DNA of 64,000 nt from an uncultured Verrucomicrobiae bacterium (GCA_963702845.1 OY969763.1:4544001-4608000), one strand, 5' to 3'. Numbered from the stretch's first letter, positions 1 to 10,081 are shown. A program made the numbers and translations. The notes: generated by a model not told the origin, from the sequence alone.

Positions 1-736
1 TGCCGCGAAAGTCACCTCGCAACCACCTGACACCGATTTCACCGCAAAAGATGGCGTGCGTCACACCGCGTGGGCCGTTCGCGACGCCGCGACGATCGAA
101 ACCATTCGCAAAGAATTCGCCAAAATGCCCGCGCTCTACATCGCCGACGGCCATCATCGCAGCGCCGCCGCCGGTCGCGTTTACAAATCCCGCAAAGGCG
201 CCGGTCACAGTGCATTTTTCCTCAGCGTCATCTTTCCCGATAACCAGGTGAGCATCCAGGCGTACAACCGCGTGCTTAAAGATTTCAACGGCACTGACGC
301 CGCCGGTTTGATGGAAAAGCTCGAAAAGGTTTTCGCCATCAGCAGCCAGGCCACCGCGCAACCGACCAAAAAGCACGACCTCAGCCTATATATAAATGGC
401 AAATGGCACGCGCTCACCTTCCGCCCGGAACTCACCTCCTCGGCTAGAGGCGTTGATGGTCTCGACGTCTCGCTGCTGCAAAATCATGTCCTTGCACCGA
501 TTTTCGGCGTGGACGATCCGCGCACGAGTAAAAAAATTAATTTCGTCGGCGGCATTCGTGGCACGGGCGAATTGGAAAAACTTGTTAACAGCGGCGAATA
601 CGCCTGCGCATTTTCCATGTTCCCGACCAGCATCACCGACCTGATGACCATTGCTGATGCCGATGGCATCATGCCGCCGAAGAGCACGTGGTTCGAGCCC
701 AAGCTGCGCGACGCGATGTTCTGCCATATGATATAG
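1..736 (+). CDS. DUF1015 family protein (5' truncated by window edge)
   Basis: Frame is open from position 2; YIADGHHRSAAA and MPPKSTWFEPKLR motifs are typical of DUF1015. Confidence 0.9.
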   Translation, partial: AAKVTSQPPDTDFTAKDGVRHTAWAVRDAATIETIRKEFAKMPALYIADGHHRSAAAGRVYKSRKGAGHSAFFLSVIFPDNQVSIQAYNRVLKDFNGTDAAGLMEKLEKVFAISSQATAQPTKKHDLSLYINGKWHALTFRPELTSSARGVDGLDVSLLQNHVLAPIFGVDDPRTSKKINFVGGIRGTGELEKLVNSGEYACAFSMFPTSITDLMTIADADGIMPPKSTWFEPKLRDAMFCHMI

Positions 737-779
737 AAAGTATGGAGTTCCGCCTTTCGACGGTTCTCATTTACAAACT

Positions 780-1676
780 ATGCCAGAAGCGCCAAAAGCC
801 CGATTGCATCGTGGATTGCGCGCAACCTTTCTGGGCATGGGCGTCAACGCGCTCCTAACTGGTGGGAAATTCACCGCAGGCGTCCTCGGCCATTCCAACG
901 CCCTCATTGCCGACGCGACCGAATCGCTCGCCGACATGATTAGTTCTATCATCGTCTGGCGCGGGCTCGTCGTTGCGGCCGCGCCCCCCGATCGCGAGCA
1001 CCCTTACGGCCACGGCAAAGCCGAACCGCTCGCCGCCGCTTTCGTCGCCGCGATGTTGATGATCGCAGCCGGTTTGATCGGAATCCGTTCCGCGAACCAA
1101 CTCACTCTCGAGTCGCGCGACCTGCCACACCCGTTCACTCTCTACGTTTTGCTTGGCGTCGTGCTGATTAAAGAATTGATGTATCGCTTCGTTTCGCGCG
1201 AGGCCGGCTCCATGGAAAGCATCACGCTCTATAGCGACGCTGCCCACCATCGCAGTGACGCGATCACTTCACTCGCCGCCGCCATCGGCATTACGATCGC
1301 GCTGATGGGCGGACCGAAATTCGCCAAAGCCGACGACATCGCCGCCATCGTCGCAGCGGTCATCATTGCCTACAACGGCTTCAAACTTCTCCGTCCTGCA
1401 GTTAACGAATTAATGGATACCTCCGCCAGCCGCGCGATGATCCAGAAAATCCGAGAAATCGCCGCTGAAGTCGAAGGCGTGCACAGAATCGAAAAATGCC
1501 TCGCGCGCAAATCCGGTTATCAATACCTCGTCGACATGCACATGGAAGTTGATCCCCGGATGACCGTAGCCGAAGCCCACAAAATTTCCCATCGCGTCAA
1601 AGACCACGTCCGCGAAAAAATCCCTGAAGTCTCCAATGTGCTCGTCCACATCGAACCGAGCCACGATGAACACTAA
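780..1676 (+). CDS. Cation diffusion facilitator (FieF-like) metal transporter
   Basis: ALIADATESLAD, HPYGHGKAE, HHRSDA and C-terminal VLVHIEP motifs; multiple TM segments. Confidence 0.92.
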   Translation: MPEAPKARLHRGLRATFLGMGVNALLTGGKFTAGVLGHSNALIADATESLADMISSIIVWRGLVVAAAPPDREHPYGHGKAEPLAAAFVAAMLMIAAGLIGIRSANQLTLESRDLPHPFTLYVLLGVVLIKELMYRFVSREAGSMESITLYSDAAHHRSDAITSLAAAIGITIALMGGPKFAKADDIAAIVAAVIIAYNGFKLLRPAVNELMDTSASRAMIQKIREIAAEVEGVHRIEKCLARKSGYQYLVDMHMEVDPRMTVAEAHKISHRVKDHVREKIPEVSNVLVHIEPSHDEH

Positions 1677-1679
1677 TAT

Positions 1680-1705
1680 GGCGCGCGCGGAGCGCACGCC
1701 CTGCC
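1680..1705 (-). repeat. Solo REP copy of the family flanking the RAYT
   Basis: Reverse complement GGCAGGGCGTGCGCTCCGCGCGCGCC matches the REPs at 18624, 18700, 19251 and 19324. Confidence 0.7.
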
Positions 1706-1779
1706 GTTTTGACCCACATCATCGCGGCCCAAACATTCTTGACTCCGGCGCTCCAACAACTGACAAATAAACCCTCAAA

Positions 1780-3012
1780 ATGAAAATAGTTTTAGCTTAC
1801 TCGGGCGGCCTCGATACCTCCGTCCTCCTTTCCTGGATCAAAGAAAAATACAACGCCGAAATGATCGCGTTCTGCGCCGACATCGGCCAGGAAGAAGAAC
1901 TCAAGGGGCTCGACAAAAAGGCCAAAAACACTGGCGCTTCCAAAATCTATATCGACGATTTGCAGGAAGAATTCGCGCGCGACTTCATCTTTCCGATGAT
2001 GCAAGCCGGCGCGGTTTACGAAAACCAATACTTTCTCGGCACCAGCATTGCGCGCCCGCTCATCGCCAAGCGCATGATCGAAATCGCGCGCAAAGAAAAA
2101 GCCGACGCCATCGCCCATGGCGCCACCGGCAAAGGTAACGACCAGGTTCGATTCGAACTCACCGCCGCCGCACTCGCGCCTGAACTCCAGATAATCGCCC
2201 CGTGGCGCGACGAACGTTATCGCAACGAATTTCCCGGCCGCGCCGAGATGATTAAATATTGCGAAGACAAAGGCATTCCCGTCCAGGCCACCGCGAAAAA
2301 GCCGTACTCAATGGATCGCAATCTTCTGCACATCTCCTACGAAGCCGGCATTCTCGAAGATCCGTGGCTCGACGCTTCGGCTCCCGAGTACAAAAAAATG
2401 TACACCCTCAGCGTCTCGCCCGAAGACGCGCCGAATAAACCCGAATACGTCACCCTCGATTTCGAACAAGGCAACTGCATTGCCGTTAACGGGAAGAAAC
2501 TGAACCCGCTCGGCGTCATGAAAGCGCTGAACAAACTCGGCGGCAAACACGGCGTCGGCCGCGTTGACCTGGTTGAGAACCGTTACGTCGGGATGAAATC
2601 GCGCGGCGTTTACGAAACACCCGGCGGCGCGATCCTGCACTTTGCTCATCGCCAGATCGAAAGCATCACGATGGACCGCGAAGTCATGCACCTGCGCGAC
2701 TCACTCATTCCGAAGTATGGCGAACTCGTTTACTACGGCTACTGGTTCGCGCCGGAACGCTACGCGTTGCAAGCGCTCGTGACTGAGAGTCAAAAGGACG
2801 TCACCGGCACGATTCGCGTGAAACTTTACAAAGGCAATATCATCAATGCCGGACGCAAGTCGCCAGTCAGCCTCTACAACCCGCACATCGCGACGATGGA
2901 AGCTGACCCGACCAAGGCCTACAATCAGGACGACGCGACCGGCTTCATCCGTTTGAATGGCTTACGCTTGAAAGTTGCCTCTCAAGTTCATGGCGCGAAT
3001 AAAAAGCGCTAA
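1780..3012 (+). CDS. argG: Argininosuccinate synthase
   Basis: [24 protein letters not shown] and [10 protein letters not shown] signatures. Confidence 0.98.
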   Translation: MKIVLAYSGGLDTSVLLSWIKEKYNAEMIAFCADIGQEEELKGLDKKAKNTGASKIYIDDLQEEFARDFIFPMMQAGAVYENQYFLGTSIARPLIAKRMIEIARKEKADAIAHGATGKGNDQVRFELTAAALAPELQIIAPWRDERYRNEFPGRAEMIKYCEDKGIPVQATAKKPYSMDRNLLHISYEAGILEDPWLDASAPEYKKMYTLSVSPEDAPNKPEYVTLDFEQGNCIAVNGKKLNPLGVMKALNKLGGKHGVGRVDLVENRYVGMKSRGVYETPGGAILHFAHRQIESITMDREVMHLRDSLIPKYGELVYYGYWFAPERYALQALVTESQKDVTGTIRVKLYKGNIINAGRKSPVSLYNPHIATMEADPTKAYNQDDATGFIRLNGLRLKVASQVHGANKKR

Positions 3013-3036
3013 GTTCGGGCTCTCATAGAAATTGCA

Positions 3037-3074
3037 ATCGGCATCTCGGGACGTCCGAGATGCCGAATTCTTTT
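3037..3074 (+). terminator. Hairpin terminator between convergent genes
   Basis: TCGGCATCTCGG-gacgt-CCGAGATGCCGA perfect 12-bp stem followed by a T-rich tract, just after the argG stop. Confidence 0.65.
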
Positions 3075-3088
3075 GGGTCGATAACGAA

Positions 3089-3664
3089 CTACTCCTTCGA
3101 CACCTCGGGCAAGAGCGTCCGTTCCATCCATATATCAACGAATTCGACGTTGGCGGTGGGCAGAATTGGTGTGCCAGCAAAGGTCTTTTTGAAGGAGAAC
3201 CCGCGTTTCGACATGACGTTCATTGCGCGGGTGAGATACCACATCCTTGAATCCGCATCATCTGGTTTGTCTGATTTTTTTGCGGCCACAAGTTCACTCG
3301 TGCCATCCGGCCAGATGACACTGGTATTCGGGCCAGAGCAGCGCGTGGAGGCGTATTCCACTCGCTGTTTTGTATCCATGCGGACCAAATAAGCGTCGCG
3401 ATAGGTGAGGAGAGAAAGGACGAAACCTTTCTTCGCCATCTTGTTCATTCCGACCGTGAGATACCAGAGTCGGGTATCGCCCGTGCCATGAAGTTTCTCG
3501 CCGTCCCCAATTTTTTCGGCGGTGCCGTCGGGCCACATGATTCTAGAGGAAGGGCCATCAAACCTAATGGTCCCATATTCGAGGTTGGTTTGGGCGTTGA
3601 GGTGATAAACGGTGAATAAAAGCGCCGCGCAGACGATGCGCGCGATCCATTGGTTGCCTTTCAT
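3089..3664 (-). CDS. Secreted hypothetical protein with an internally duplicated ~55-aa domain
   Basis: Signal peptide ending LNA-Q; two copies of EY...GP...WPDGT...D.R.WYLT..MN.M.K.GF. Confidence 0.75.
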   Translation of the reverse strand: MKGNQWIARIVCAALLFTVYHLNAQTNLEYGTIRFDGPSSRIMWPDGTAEKIGDGEKLHGTGDTRLWYLTVGMNKMAKKGFVLSLLTYRDAYLVRMDTKQRVEYASTRCSGPNTSVIWPDGTSELVAAKKSDKPDDADSRMWYLTRAMNVMSKRGFSFKKTFAGTPILPTANVEFVDIWMERTLLPEVSKE

Positions 3665-3759
3665 ATTCGGAGCTAAACAGGCTAGGTGCCTTGCTGCAAG
3701 AATGTTCTAGCGAACTGCATTTAAGCGCGCGACTATCTGGCCTTCGAAGCCGAACCGAA

Positions 3760-4101
3760 ATGAGCGAACCGCAAAAACTCCTGTTCATCTGCAGTCAAAA
3801 TCGGTGGCGAAGTTTGACTGCCGAAAAAATGTACGACGGATTCCCCGGCTATGAAGTCCGCTCCGCCGGGACCGAACAAGGCGCGCGCATTCGCGTCACC
3901 GAAGGGCACATCGGTTGGGCGGATATTATTTTTGTAATGGAGAAACGGCACATAGATCGACTGCACGACCGGTTTGGGGATCAATTAACCGGCAAACAAT
4001 TGATTTGTCTGCACATTGGCGATGATTATCAGTTCATGTCCAAAGACCTGGTCGCTGTTTTGAGGGAACAACTTAGGCCTCATGTGGATGTCCCGGAGTG
4101 A
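3760..4101 (+). CDS. Low-molecular-weight protein tyrosine phosphatase-like protein
   Basis: LLFICSQNRWRS (CX5R P-loop), SAGT, WADIIFVME; ATG at 3760 preferred to the upstream TTG. Confidence 0.88.
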   Translation: MSEPQKLLFICSQNRWRSLTAEKMYDGFPGYEVRSAGTEQGARIRVTEGHIGWADIIFVMEKRHIDRLHDRFGDQLTGKQLICLHIGDDYQFMSKDLVAVLREQLRPHVDVPE

Positions 4102-4113
4102 TGAACTGACTGA

Positions 4114-4148
4114 AATGCTGAATGCCGAATCCTGAATACTGAAGTACC
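4114..4148 (+). repeat. Intergenic heptamer tandem repeat
   Basis: AATGCTG AATGCCG AATCCTG AATACTG AAGTACC. Confidence 0.7.
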
Positions 4149-4275
4149 GCAGCAAATCCGTTGACTCAAACAAACCGCTCAATTGATAGCGAGGTGAAAA
4201 ACCGTCTATGGGGTAGAGCAAGTCAAATCCCCACTAGTTTTTTCCAAATCGTTCCATGTTCCACTTGACCCACCC

Positions 4276-4851
4276 ATGTCCATCGTGAACCCTGTAGGCG
4301 TGGGAAACTTTTACGTCAATCACACTGTTCGTGGAGCGACCGCAGAGGCGGTAGCGAAAGCTTTGAAGGGGCGGACCGCGATTATCGCGCCTGCGGACGA
4401 TAATTGCGTTGTCGTGTTTGATGCGGAATGCGATACGCAGGATCAGGCAGTCATTACCGAACTTGGCGAAAAGCTTTCCAGCGAGCTGGGCGCGACCGTC
4501 CTGGCTGTATTGAATCACGACGATGACATTCTCTGGTATCAGTTGTTCGAGAAGGGCATGGTCATCGATGAATACGATTCGATGCCCGGATACTTCGACG
4601 AGGACTCGGACCATTCCGGCGCCCTCGGCGGCGACGCGCAAAAACTTGCAGCCGCATTCGGCATTCAGGATGCAGTGGGCATCGCACGAATTCTGAAGAG
4701 CGACAAATACGCATCCGCCGTGGAACGCCACGCCGCGCTGTGTGAAGCCCTGAACCTTCCCGACTTCGCCGCCGGTTGCGGCTACCGCTATATCGACAGC
4801 GGTGAACTGCCTGAAGACCTGAGCGAAGACGACCTGTTAAAAATCGGTTAG
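4276..4851 (+). CDS. Hypothetical acidic protein
   Basis: Clean 191-aa ORF with protein-like composition (HDDDILWYQLF, DEYDSMPGYF); no family recognised. Confidence 0.7.
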   Translation: MSIVNPVGVGNFYVNHTVRGATAEAVAKALKGRTAIIAPADDNCVVVFDAECDTQDQAVITELGEKLSSELGATVLAVLNHDDDILWYQLFEKGMVIDEYDSMPGYFDEDSDHSGALGGDAQKLAAAFGIQDAVGIARILKSDKYASAVERHAALCEALNLPDFAAGCGYRYIDSGELPEDLSEDDLLKIG

Positions 4852-4858
4852 TTTTCGC

Positions 4859-4942
4859 AACAGAACCGCGCGCGTCAGCAAGCGGCTTTCTACCATCGGC
4901 GTCATCTCTGCAAAACCGCTTACTGACGCGCGCGGCTCTGTT
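4859..4942. repeat. Inverted REP-like doublet
   Basis: AACAGAACCGCGCGCGTCAGCAAGCGG (4859-4885) and near-perfect inverted copy CCGCTTACTGACGCGCGCGGCTCTGTT (4916-4942). Confidence 0.8.
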
Positions 4943-5042
4943 TGATGCACTTCGCGCGAACCCGACGCAGAGTGCGTGAAAATGGGCCATCATAGCCATT
5001 TTACCGAATACCGTTCCCTCGTGTGGCGAGGAAAAAAAGCGT

Positions 5043-5058
5043 TGGCAAGCATTATGCT
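5043..5058 (+). promoter_or_regulatory. Putative sigma54 (-24/-12) promoter
   Basis: TGGCAAGCATTATGCT = GG-N10-GC, ~28 bp upstream of ATG 5086. Confidence 0.6.
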
Positions 5059-5085
5059 GAATGTTTGACAACAGCTCAAATCGTT

Positions 5086-6420
5086 ATGCCAAGGTATCGA
5101 TACGCAGCGATGAACTCGCGAGGAGCAGAGGAGAAAGGCTCTCTCGACGCCGAAGATCAATCCACTGCACTGGCGCGCATCAAGGAGATGCAACTCTTCC
5201 CCATCCGTGTCGTGGAGTACCGCGCCGTCGAGAGTTCCACGAAAGTTTTGGGCCGCGAGGTTGTCGGACCGCGGAACAAAGGCAGAGTCAAAAAGCTCGG
5301 CCTGCAAATGAACGTCACGCTTCCGGGATTCCGGAATCGAGTCTCGACCAAATCGCTGGGAGTATTTACGGCGGAATTGGCGACGTTGTTGCAGGCCGGG
5401 CTACCGCTGCTGCGCGGGTTGCGTGTGCTCGAGAAACAGGAACGATCCGCGAACCTCAAACGCATCATCGGCGAATTGAGTTTTTCCATCGAAGGCGGCA
5501 GCACGTTGTCCGAAGCGCTCGCCGCGCATCCGAAAGTTTTCAATCGCTTGTTCGTGAACATGGTCAAAGCAGGCGAGATCGGTGGCGTCCTGGAAGTGAC
5601 ACTCTCCCGACTTTCCGAGTTCATGGAAAAGGCGCAGAAGATCCGCGGCAAAGTCATCGCCGCGATGTGTTATCCGGTGGCGGTCCTGTTCGTGGCCGGT
5701 GCAATCATGGCTTTGTTGTTGGTTTTGGTGGTGCCGAAGTTCAAGGAGATCTTCGAAGGATTGACCAACGGACAACCGCTACCGGCATTTACACAATTCG
5801 TCGTTGGAATCAGTGACGTGATAAAATCTCATTTTCTCAGCGCGGCCGCTGTGGCGTTTGGGGGGTTGGTCGCGCTGAGATTCTTTGTCAAAACACCATT
5901 CGGCCGGCGCGTCTTCGATCGAATTAAACTTGCCGCACCCGTGTTCGGCCCAGTCCTGAAGAAAGTCGCCATCTCGCGCTTCACCCGCACGCTCGGGACT
6001 TTAATCAGCAGCGGTGTGCCGATACTGCAGGCGTTAACGATCGTAAAAGAAACCTCCGGCAACGTCATCGTCGGCAACGCCGTTCAAGCGGTGCACAACA
6101 GCGTGAAGGAAGGAGAGACCATCACCGCGCCGTTGGAAGCCGCGAATCTTTTTCCGCCGATGGTTATCAGTATGGTCGATGTCGGTGAACAAACCGGCGC
6201 GTTGCCGGAGATGTTGATGAAGATCGCCGACAAATACGACGACGAGGTCGACAACGCCGTCGCCGCCATGACGTCCTTGTTGGAACCGATTATGATCGTG
6301 ATCCTCGGGATCATCGTCGGAGCGATCGTGATCGCGATGTATCTGCCGATTATCAATATCGGCCCTGGCATAGATGGCGACCGTCAGCAAAGCGGTGGCG
6401 CAGTAGCGCGCAACGATTGA
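5086..6420 (+). CDS. pilC: Type II secretion system F family / PilC platform protein
   Basis: LATLLQAGLPLL, AGEIGGVLE, FTRTLGTLISSGVPILQAL, VGEQTGAL; start at MPRYRY. Confidence 0.92.
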   Translation: MPRYRYAAMNSRGAEEKGSLDAEDQSTALARIKEMQLFPIRVVEYRAVESSTKVLGREVVGPRNKGRVKKLGLQMNVTLPGFRNRVSTKSLGVFTAELATLLQAGLPLLRGLRVLEKQERSANLKRIIGELSFSIEGGSTLSEALAAHPKVFNRLFVNMVKAGEIGGVLEVTLSRLSEFMEKAQKIRGKVIAAMCYPVAVLFVAGAIMALLLVLVVPKFKEIFEGLTNGQPLPAFTQFVVGISDVIKSHFLSAAAVAFGGLVALRFFVKTPFGRRVFDRIKLAAPVFGPVLKKVAISRFTRTLGTLISSGVPILQALTIVKETSGNVIVGNAVQAVHNSVKEGETITAPLEAANLFPPMVISMVDVGEQTGALPEMLMKIADKYDDEVDNAVAAMTSLLEPIMIVILGIIVGAIVIAMYLPIINIGPGIDGDRQQSGGAVARND

Positions 6421-6423
6421 TGA

Positions 6424-7155
6424 TTATTGGAGATGCAACGGCTGGATACGCAAATTACGAAACGCAACGGGACCATGGTCGCCTTGCAACATGATCGGCC
6501 CGAGCGGCGCTTCGTGTTCGAAGCCGGGACTGCGCGTCGGCCCAGTGACCACCGCGTTTTCGTGGATGAGCTTGCCGTTTTGCCAAACTTTGATGAACCG
6601 GCCGTTCTCAGTTTTTTTGCCGGAATCATCAAAACGCGGCGCGCGAAAGATGATATCGAACGATTGCCAAAGGCCGGGGCGGCGGCTGGCGTTGAGACGC
6701 GGAGCAGTGCCCTCAAAGCCTTTGCCGTTCTTCCAGCGTTGATAAATGCCGCCGCAATCGCCGTATTTCAGATGATCGTTGGGCACGCCCCTGCTATCGA
6801 GAATTTGCACTTCGTAACGGCCCTGGACGTAAACGCCAGAATTGGAGTTGGACGCGACATTGAACTCGACGTGAATGGCTGCATCGCCGAGTTCAGTCTT
6901 GCTCATCAGATTTTGTTCTTTGCCTTCAGGACCGTTCACGAAAATTCCGGTCCCCGGCTGAATGACAAACAAGTGCGGATTTTCGGGATTGAGCGAAACG
7001 GATTTAGCGACGGTCCAGCCAGGGCTCGGATTGCGCCATTGGGAAAGATCTTTGCCGTTGAAGAGATCAATGGAATGAGACGAGCGAGTCGGGTCACTGG
7101 CACAACCGGCAATGAGCATCGCCAACATTGAACAGCAGGTGAAAAGAGATTTCAT
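6424..7155 (-). CDS. DUF1080 (3-keto-disaccharide hydrolase-like) lipoprotein
   Basis: LFNGKDLSQW, NSGVYVQGRYEVQILDS, LQGDHGPVAFRNLRI; lipobox LIAGC after ATG 7155. Confidence 0.9.
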   Translation of the reverse strand: MKSLFTCCSMLAMLIAGCASDPTRSSHSIDLFNGKDLSQWRNPSPGWTVAKSVSLNPENPHLFVIQPGTGIFVNGPEGKEQNLMSKTELGDAAIHVEFNVASNSNSGVYVQGRYEVQILDSRGVPNDHLKYGDCGGIYQRWKNGKGFEGTAPRLNASRRPGLWQSFDIIFRAPRFDDSGKKTENGRFIKVWQNGKLIHENAVVTGPTRSPGFEHEAPLGPIMLQGDHGPVAFRNLRIQPLHLQ

Positions 7156-7324
7156 AAAATATGAACGCACATTGTTTTCACCGGTGTGGGACTGCACAAG
7201 AAAAAACCCAACGAATGTGCGTTTGACTGCACATAATTGACAACATTGGAGAAATGTCGATAGGCTCGCCATTACGACGGGCGCAATCACCAGCTCAACC
7301 CAAACCAAACTAAAAAGGAATCAG

Positions 7325-9994
7325 GTGAAACGAATACTTATCGCAGTAGTCCTCGGTTTTCTCGGCGGCTTTTCGTTTAATACAAATTGCCTGGGGGGTC
7401 CCGGGGCTTTTGATCCGACCTTCAACGCTATTGTTAATGGTCCTGTCTATGCGACCGTCGTGCAGCCAAACAGCCGCATCTTGATCGCCGGCAGTTTTGC
7501 CACGGTCAACAATGTTTCACGCGGACGAATTGCGCGCCTCTTCTCCGATGGCTCGCTAGATCTTACTTTTTTGACCAATTCATCTGGCGCGTCTTCAACG
7601 GTGCGCGCGATGATTGTTCAGCCTGATGGACGCATTTTGATCGGCGGAGATTTCAGCAACGTCAACAACCAGACGCGCTTTGGTGTCGCGCGATTGAATG
7701 TCGATGGAAGTTTAGATGGTACGTTCACCGCGACGAACTCTTTCTCCGGGTCTGTCCGCGCGCTCGCTTTGCAAGCCGACGGCAAGGTGCTGCTCGGCGG
7801 AGGTTTCAGCCTGCAATCGGGTCGCTACGTGAATCTGGTACGGCTTAATACAGATGGTTCCGTGGACACCAGCCTCAACACAAATCTCTTCATCTCCGGG
7901 ACAATCAACGCTCTTGCCGTGCAAACGGATGGCAGGATCCTGGTGGGAGGGACCTTTAGTTCAATCGGTTTCGGTCTGTTCCGCAACAATATCGCGCGGA
8001 TCGAAACCGACGGTACGCCTGATGTCACCTTCCCGGATTCAAAGTCGGCCGGCACGGGCGGCGCGGTCAATTCGATCATCGTTCAGAACGATGCCAAGAT
8101 TCTGATCGCCGGCGCGTTCAGCAGCGTCAACAGCACCTCTCGTGGCCGAATCGCCCGCCTGAATGTCGATGGAACTTTGGACAACACTTTCAACACTTCC
8201 GGCGCAGGCTCGACGGTCTACTGCTTGGCGCTGCAAGATAACGGGAACGTTTTCTTGGGCGGTATTGTTTCCAGCTACAACGGCACTTTCCGCAACGGAC
8301 TGGCACGGACATTCCCGGATGGAACTTTGGATACAACTTTTCTTAACGGCCAGAGCGGCGCGCAACCTGTCGATTGTGTCGCATTTCAACCCGACGGAAA
8401 GCTGCTGGTTGGTGGCGAATTCTTTTCAATCAATAATACAAATCGTTCTTACCTGGCGCGTCTCTACGGAGACCTTTATCCGCCCGAGATTATTACTCAG
8501 CCGCAAAGCAAATCCACAAACGCCGGTGCATCGGTCACCTTCACCGTCAACGCCAACAACCAGACGGCGGTCAATTATCAGTGGCGCAAGAACGGCGCTG
8601 ATATTCCAGGCGCAAATCTCAATGTCTATTCATTGTTCAATGTTCAGTTGGCCGACTCTGGCAGTTACACCGCTTTTCTAACCGATAGCGCGGGCGGCAC
8701 CACCAGTAGCAACGCGGTGCTCGTGGTTGGGATTCCTCCCGTGATTACAAGTCAACCGGCCAGTCTGGTAGTCACCCAGGGTCAAACCGCAACGTTTACT
8801 GTAGGCGTCAGCGGCGTGCCACTAAGTTATCAGTGGTTCAAGTATCCAGGAACGCCGCTACTCGGGACGACGAATGCGACATACTCGATTGCATCGGCTG
8901 TGGAGAATAGCGCCGGCTCATATTGGGTGGTCGCAAGTAATTTTTTGGGCAAAGCCACGAGTTCCATTGTCACGCTCACCGTCATTGCACCACCAACAAT
9001 CATATCACAGCCGTCGAGTATTACCGTTGGTGAAGGAAGCAACGCAGTCATCAGCGCGCTCATCGACGGCACAACCGTTACGACGCAGTGGTATAAAAAC
9101 GGTACGCCAAGGGGGAGCCTTGATACGAGAAGCGGACAAACCATTCGTTCGTTTCCCATCAACAATGCCCAATTCAGCGATGCGGCCGATTATTTCTTCA
9201 CGGCGAGCAACATTATGGGTGTCGTGACCAGCCAGGTCGCAACCGTCACAATTCAGCGTTACCCGCCATTTATAAACACCCAACCCGCGAGCCAGAACGT
9301 TCCCGTCGGCAGCCAGATGACTGTTTTTGTCGACGCGTCTGGCACGACGCTAAATTATCAATGGCAGAAGGACGGCTTTGATATCGTTGGAGAGACTGCG
9401 CCTTTGCTTCTCCGCACGAACGTTGCGCTGACCGACGCAGGCAGCTACACCGTGTTGATCTCAAATCCGTTGGCGAGCATCACCAGCGCTGTGGCAGTCG
9501 TAAATGTCGGCTATGCACCGACGTTCACGAATCAGCCAGTGTCAGTGACGAACCTCATCGGTGGCACGGCGACATTTTCCGCAGCAGCAGACGGGACTGC
9601 GCCGATTCAACTGCTTTGGCTGTTCAACGGCAATCCTTTGGACGGACAAACCAATGCGACTTTGACATTGACCAATCTGCAGACCACCAACGCCGGAATT
9701 TACGCACTCACCGCCACGAATGCATTCGGCGGGACGAACAGTTCAGACGCATTATTGACCGTGGCCATCCCATCCGTGATTGCAGGTTTGAGCGGCCCAA
9801 CACCGAACCTTCAGATCAGCGGAGCACCAAGCGCAACTTGCATTATCGAAACCGCTTCAAGCTTAACTCCACCAATCACGTGGCAGCCCATGACCACAAA
9901 TGTTATGGGCGCGGATGGAACATGGATTTTTGTGGATACAAACGGCATCGCAAATCCGGAAATCTACTATCGTGTTAACGTGGGTTATCATTGA
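7325..9994 (+). CDS. Secreted protein with delta-60 beta-propeller repeats and tandem Ig-like domains
   Basis: Repeated V.AL..Q.DG.IL.GG.F...IARL..DGTLD.TF units, then five PxIxxQP...YQW...DAGSY Ig repeats. Confidence 0.9.
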   Translation: MKRILIAVVLGFLGGFSFNTNCLGGPGAFDPTFNAIVNGPVYATVVQPNSRILIAGSFATVNNVSRGRIARLFSDGSLDLTFLTNSSGASSTVRAMIVQPDGRILIGGDFSNVNNQTRFGVARLNVDGSLDGTFTATNSFSGSVRALALQADGKVLLGGGFSLQSGRYVNLVRLNTDGSVDTSLNTNLFISGTINALAVQTDGRILVGGTFSSIGFGLFRNNIARIETDGTPDVTFPDSKSAGTGGAVNSIIVQNDAKILIAGAFSSVNSTSRGRIARLNVDGTLDNTFNTSGAGSTVYCLALQDNGNVFLGGIVSSYNGTFRNGLARTFPDGTLDTTFLNGQSGAQPVDCVAFQPDGKLLVGGEFFSINNTNRSYLARLYGDLYPPEIITQPQSKSTNAGASVTFTVNANNQTAVNYQWRKNGADIPGANLNVYSLFNVQLADSGSYTAFLTDSAGGTTSSNAVLVVGIPPVITSQPASLVVTQGQTATFTVGVSGVPLSYQWFKYPGTPLLGTTNATYSIASAVENSAGSYWVVASNFLGKATSSIVTLTVIAPPTIISQPSSITVGEGSNAVISALIDGTTVTTQWYKNGTPRGSLDTRSGQTIRSFPINNAQFSDAADYFFTASNIMGVVTSQVATVTIQRYPPFINTQPASQNVPVGSQMTVFVDASGTTLNYQWQKDGFDIVGETAPLLLRTNVALTDAGSYTVLISNPLASITSAVAVVNVGYAPTFTNQPVSVTNLIGGTATFSAAADGTAPIQLLWLFNGNPLDGQTNATLTLTNLQTTNAGIYALTATNAFGGTNSSDALLTVAIPSVIAGLSGPTPNLQISGAPSATCIIETASSLTPPITWQPMTTNVMGADGTWIFVDTNGIANPEIYYRVNVGYH

Positions 9995-10081
9995 TGCCGC
10001 TGCGTTCCGCCGGCACACCCCAACAGCCAGTCGTTCGACTTCAAAGCGCTTTGATGTAAATTAAGGCAAGGGAGGGAACAT

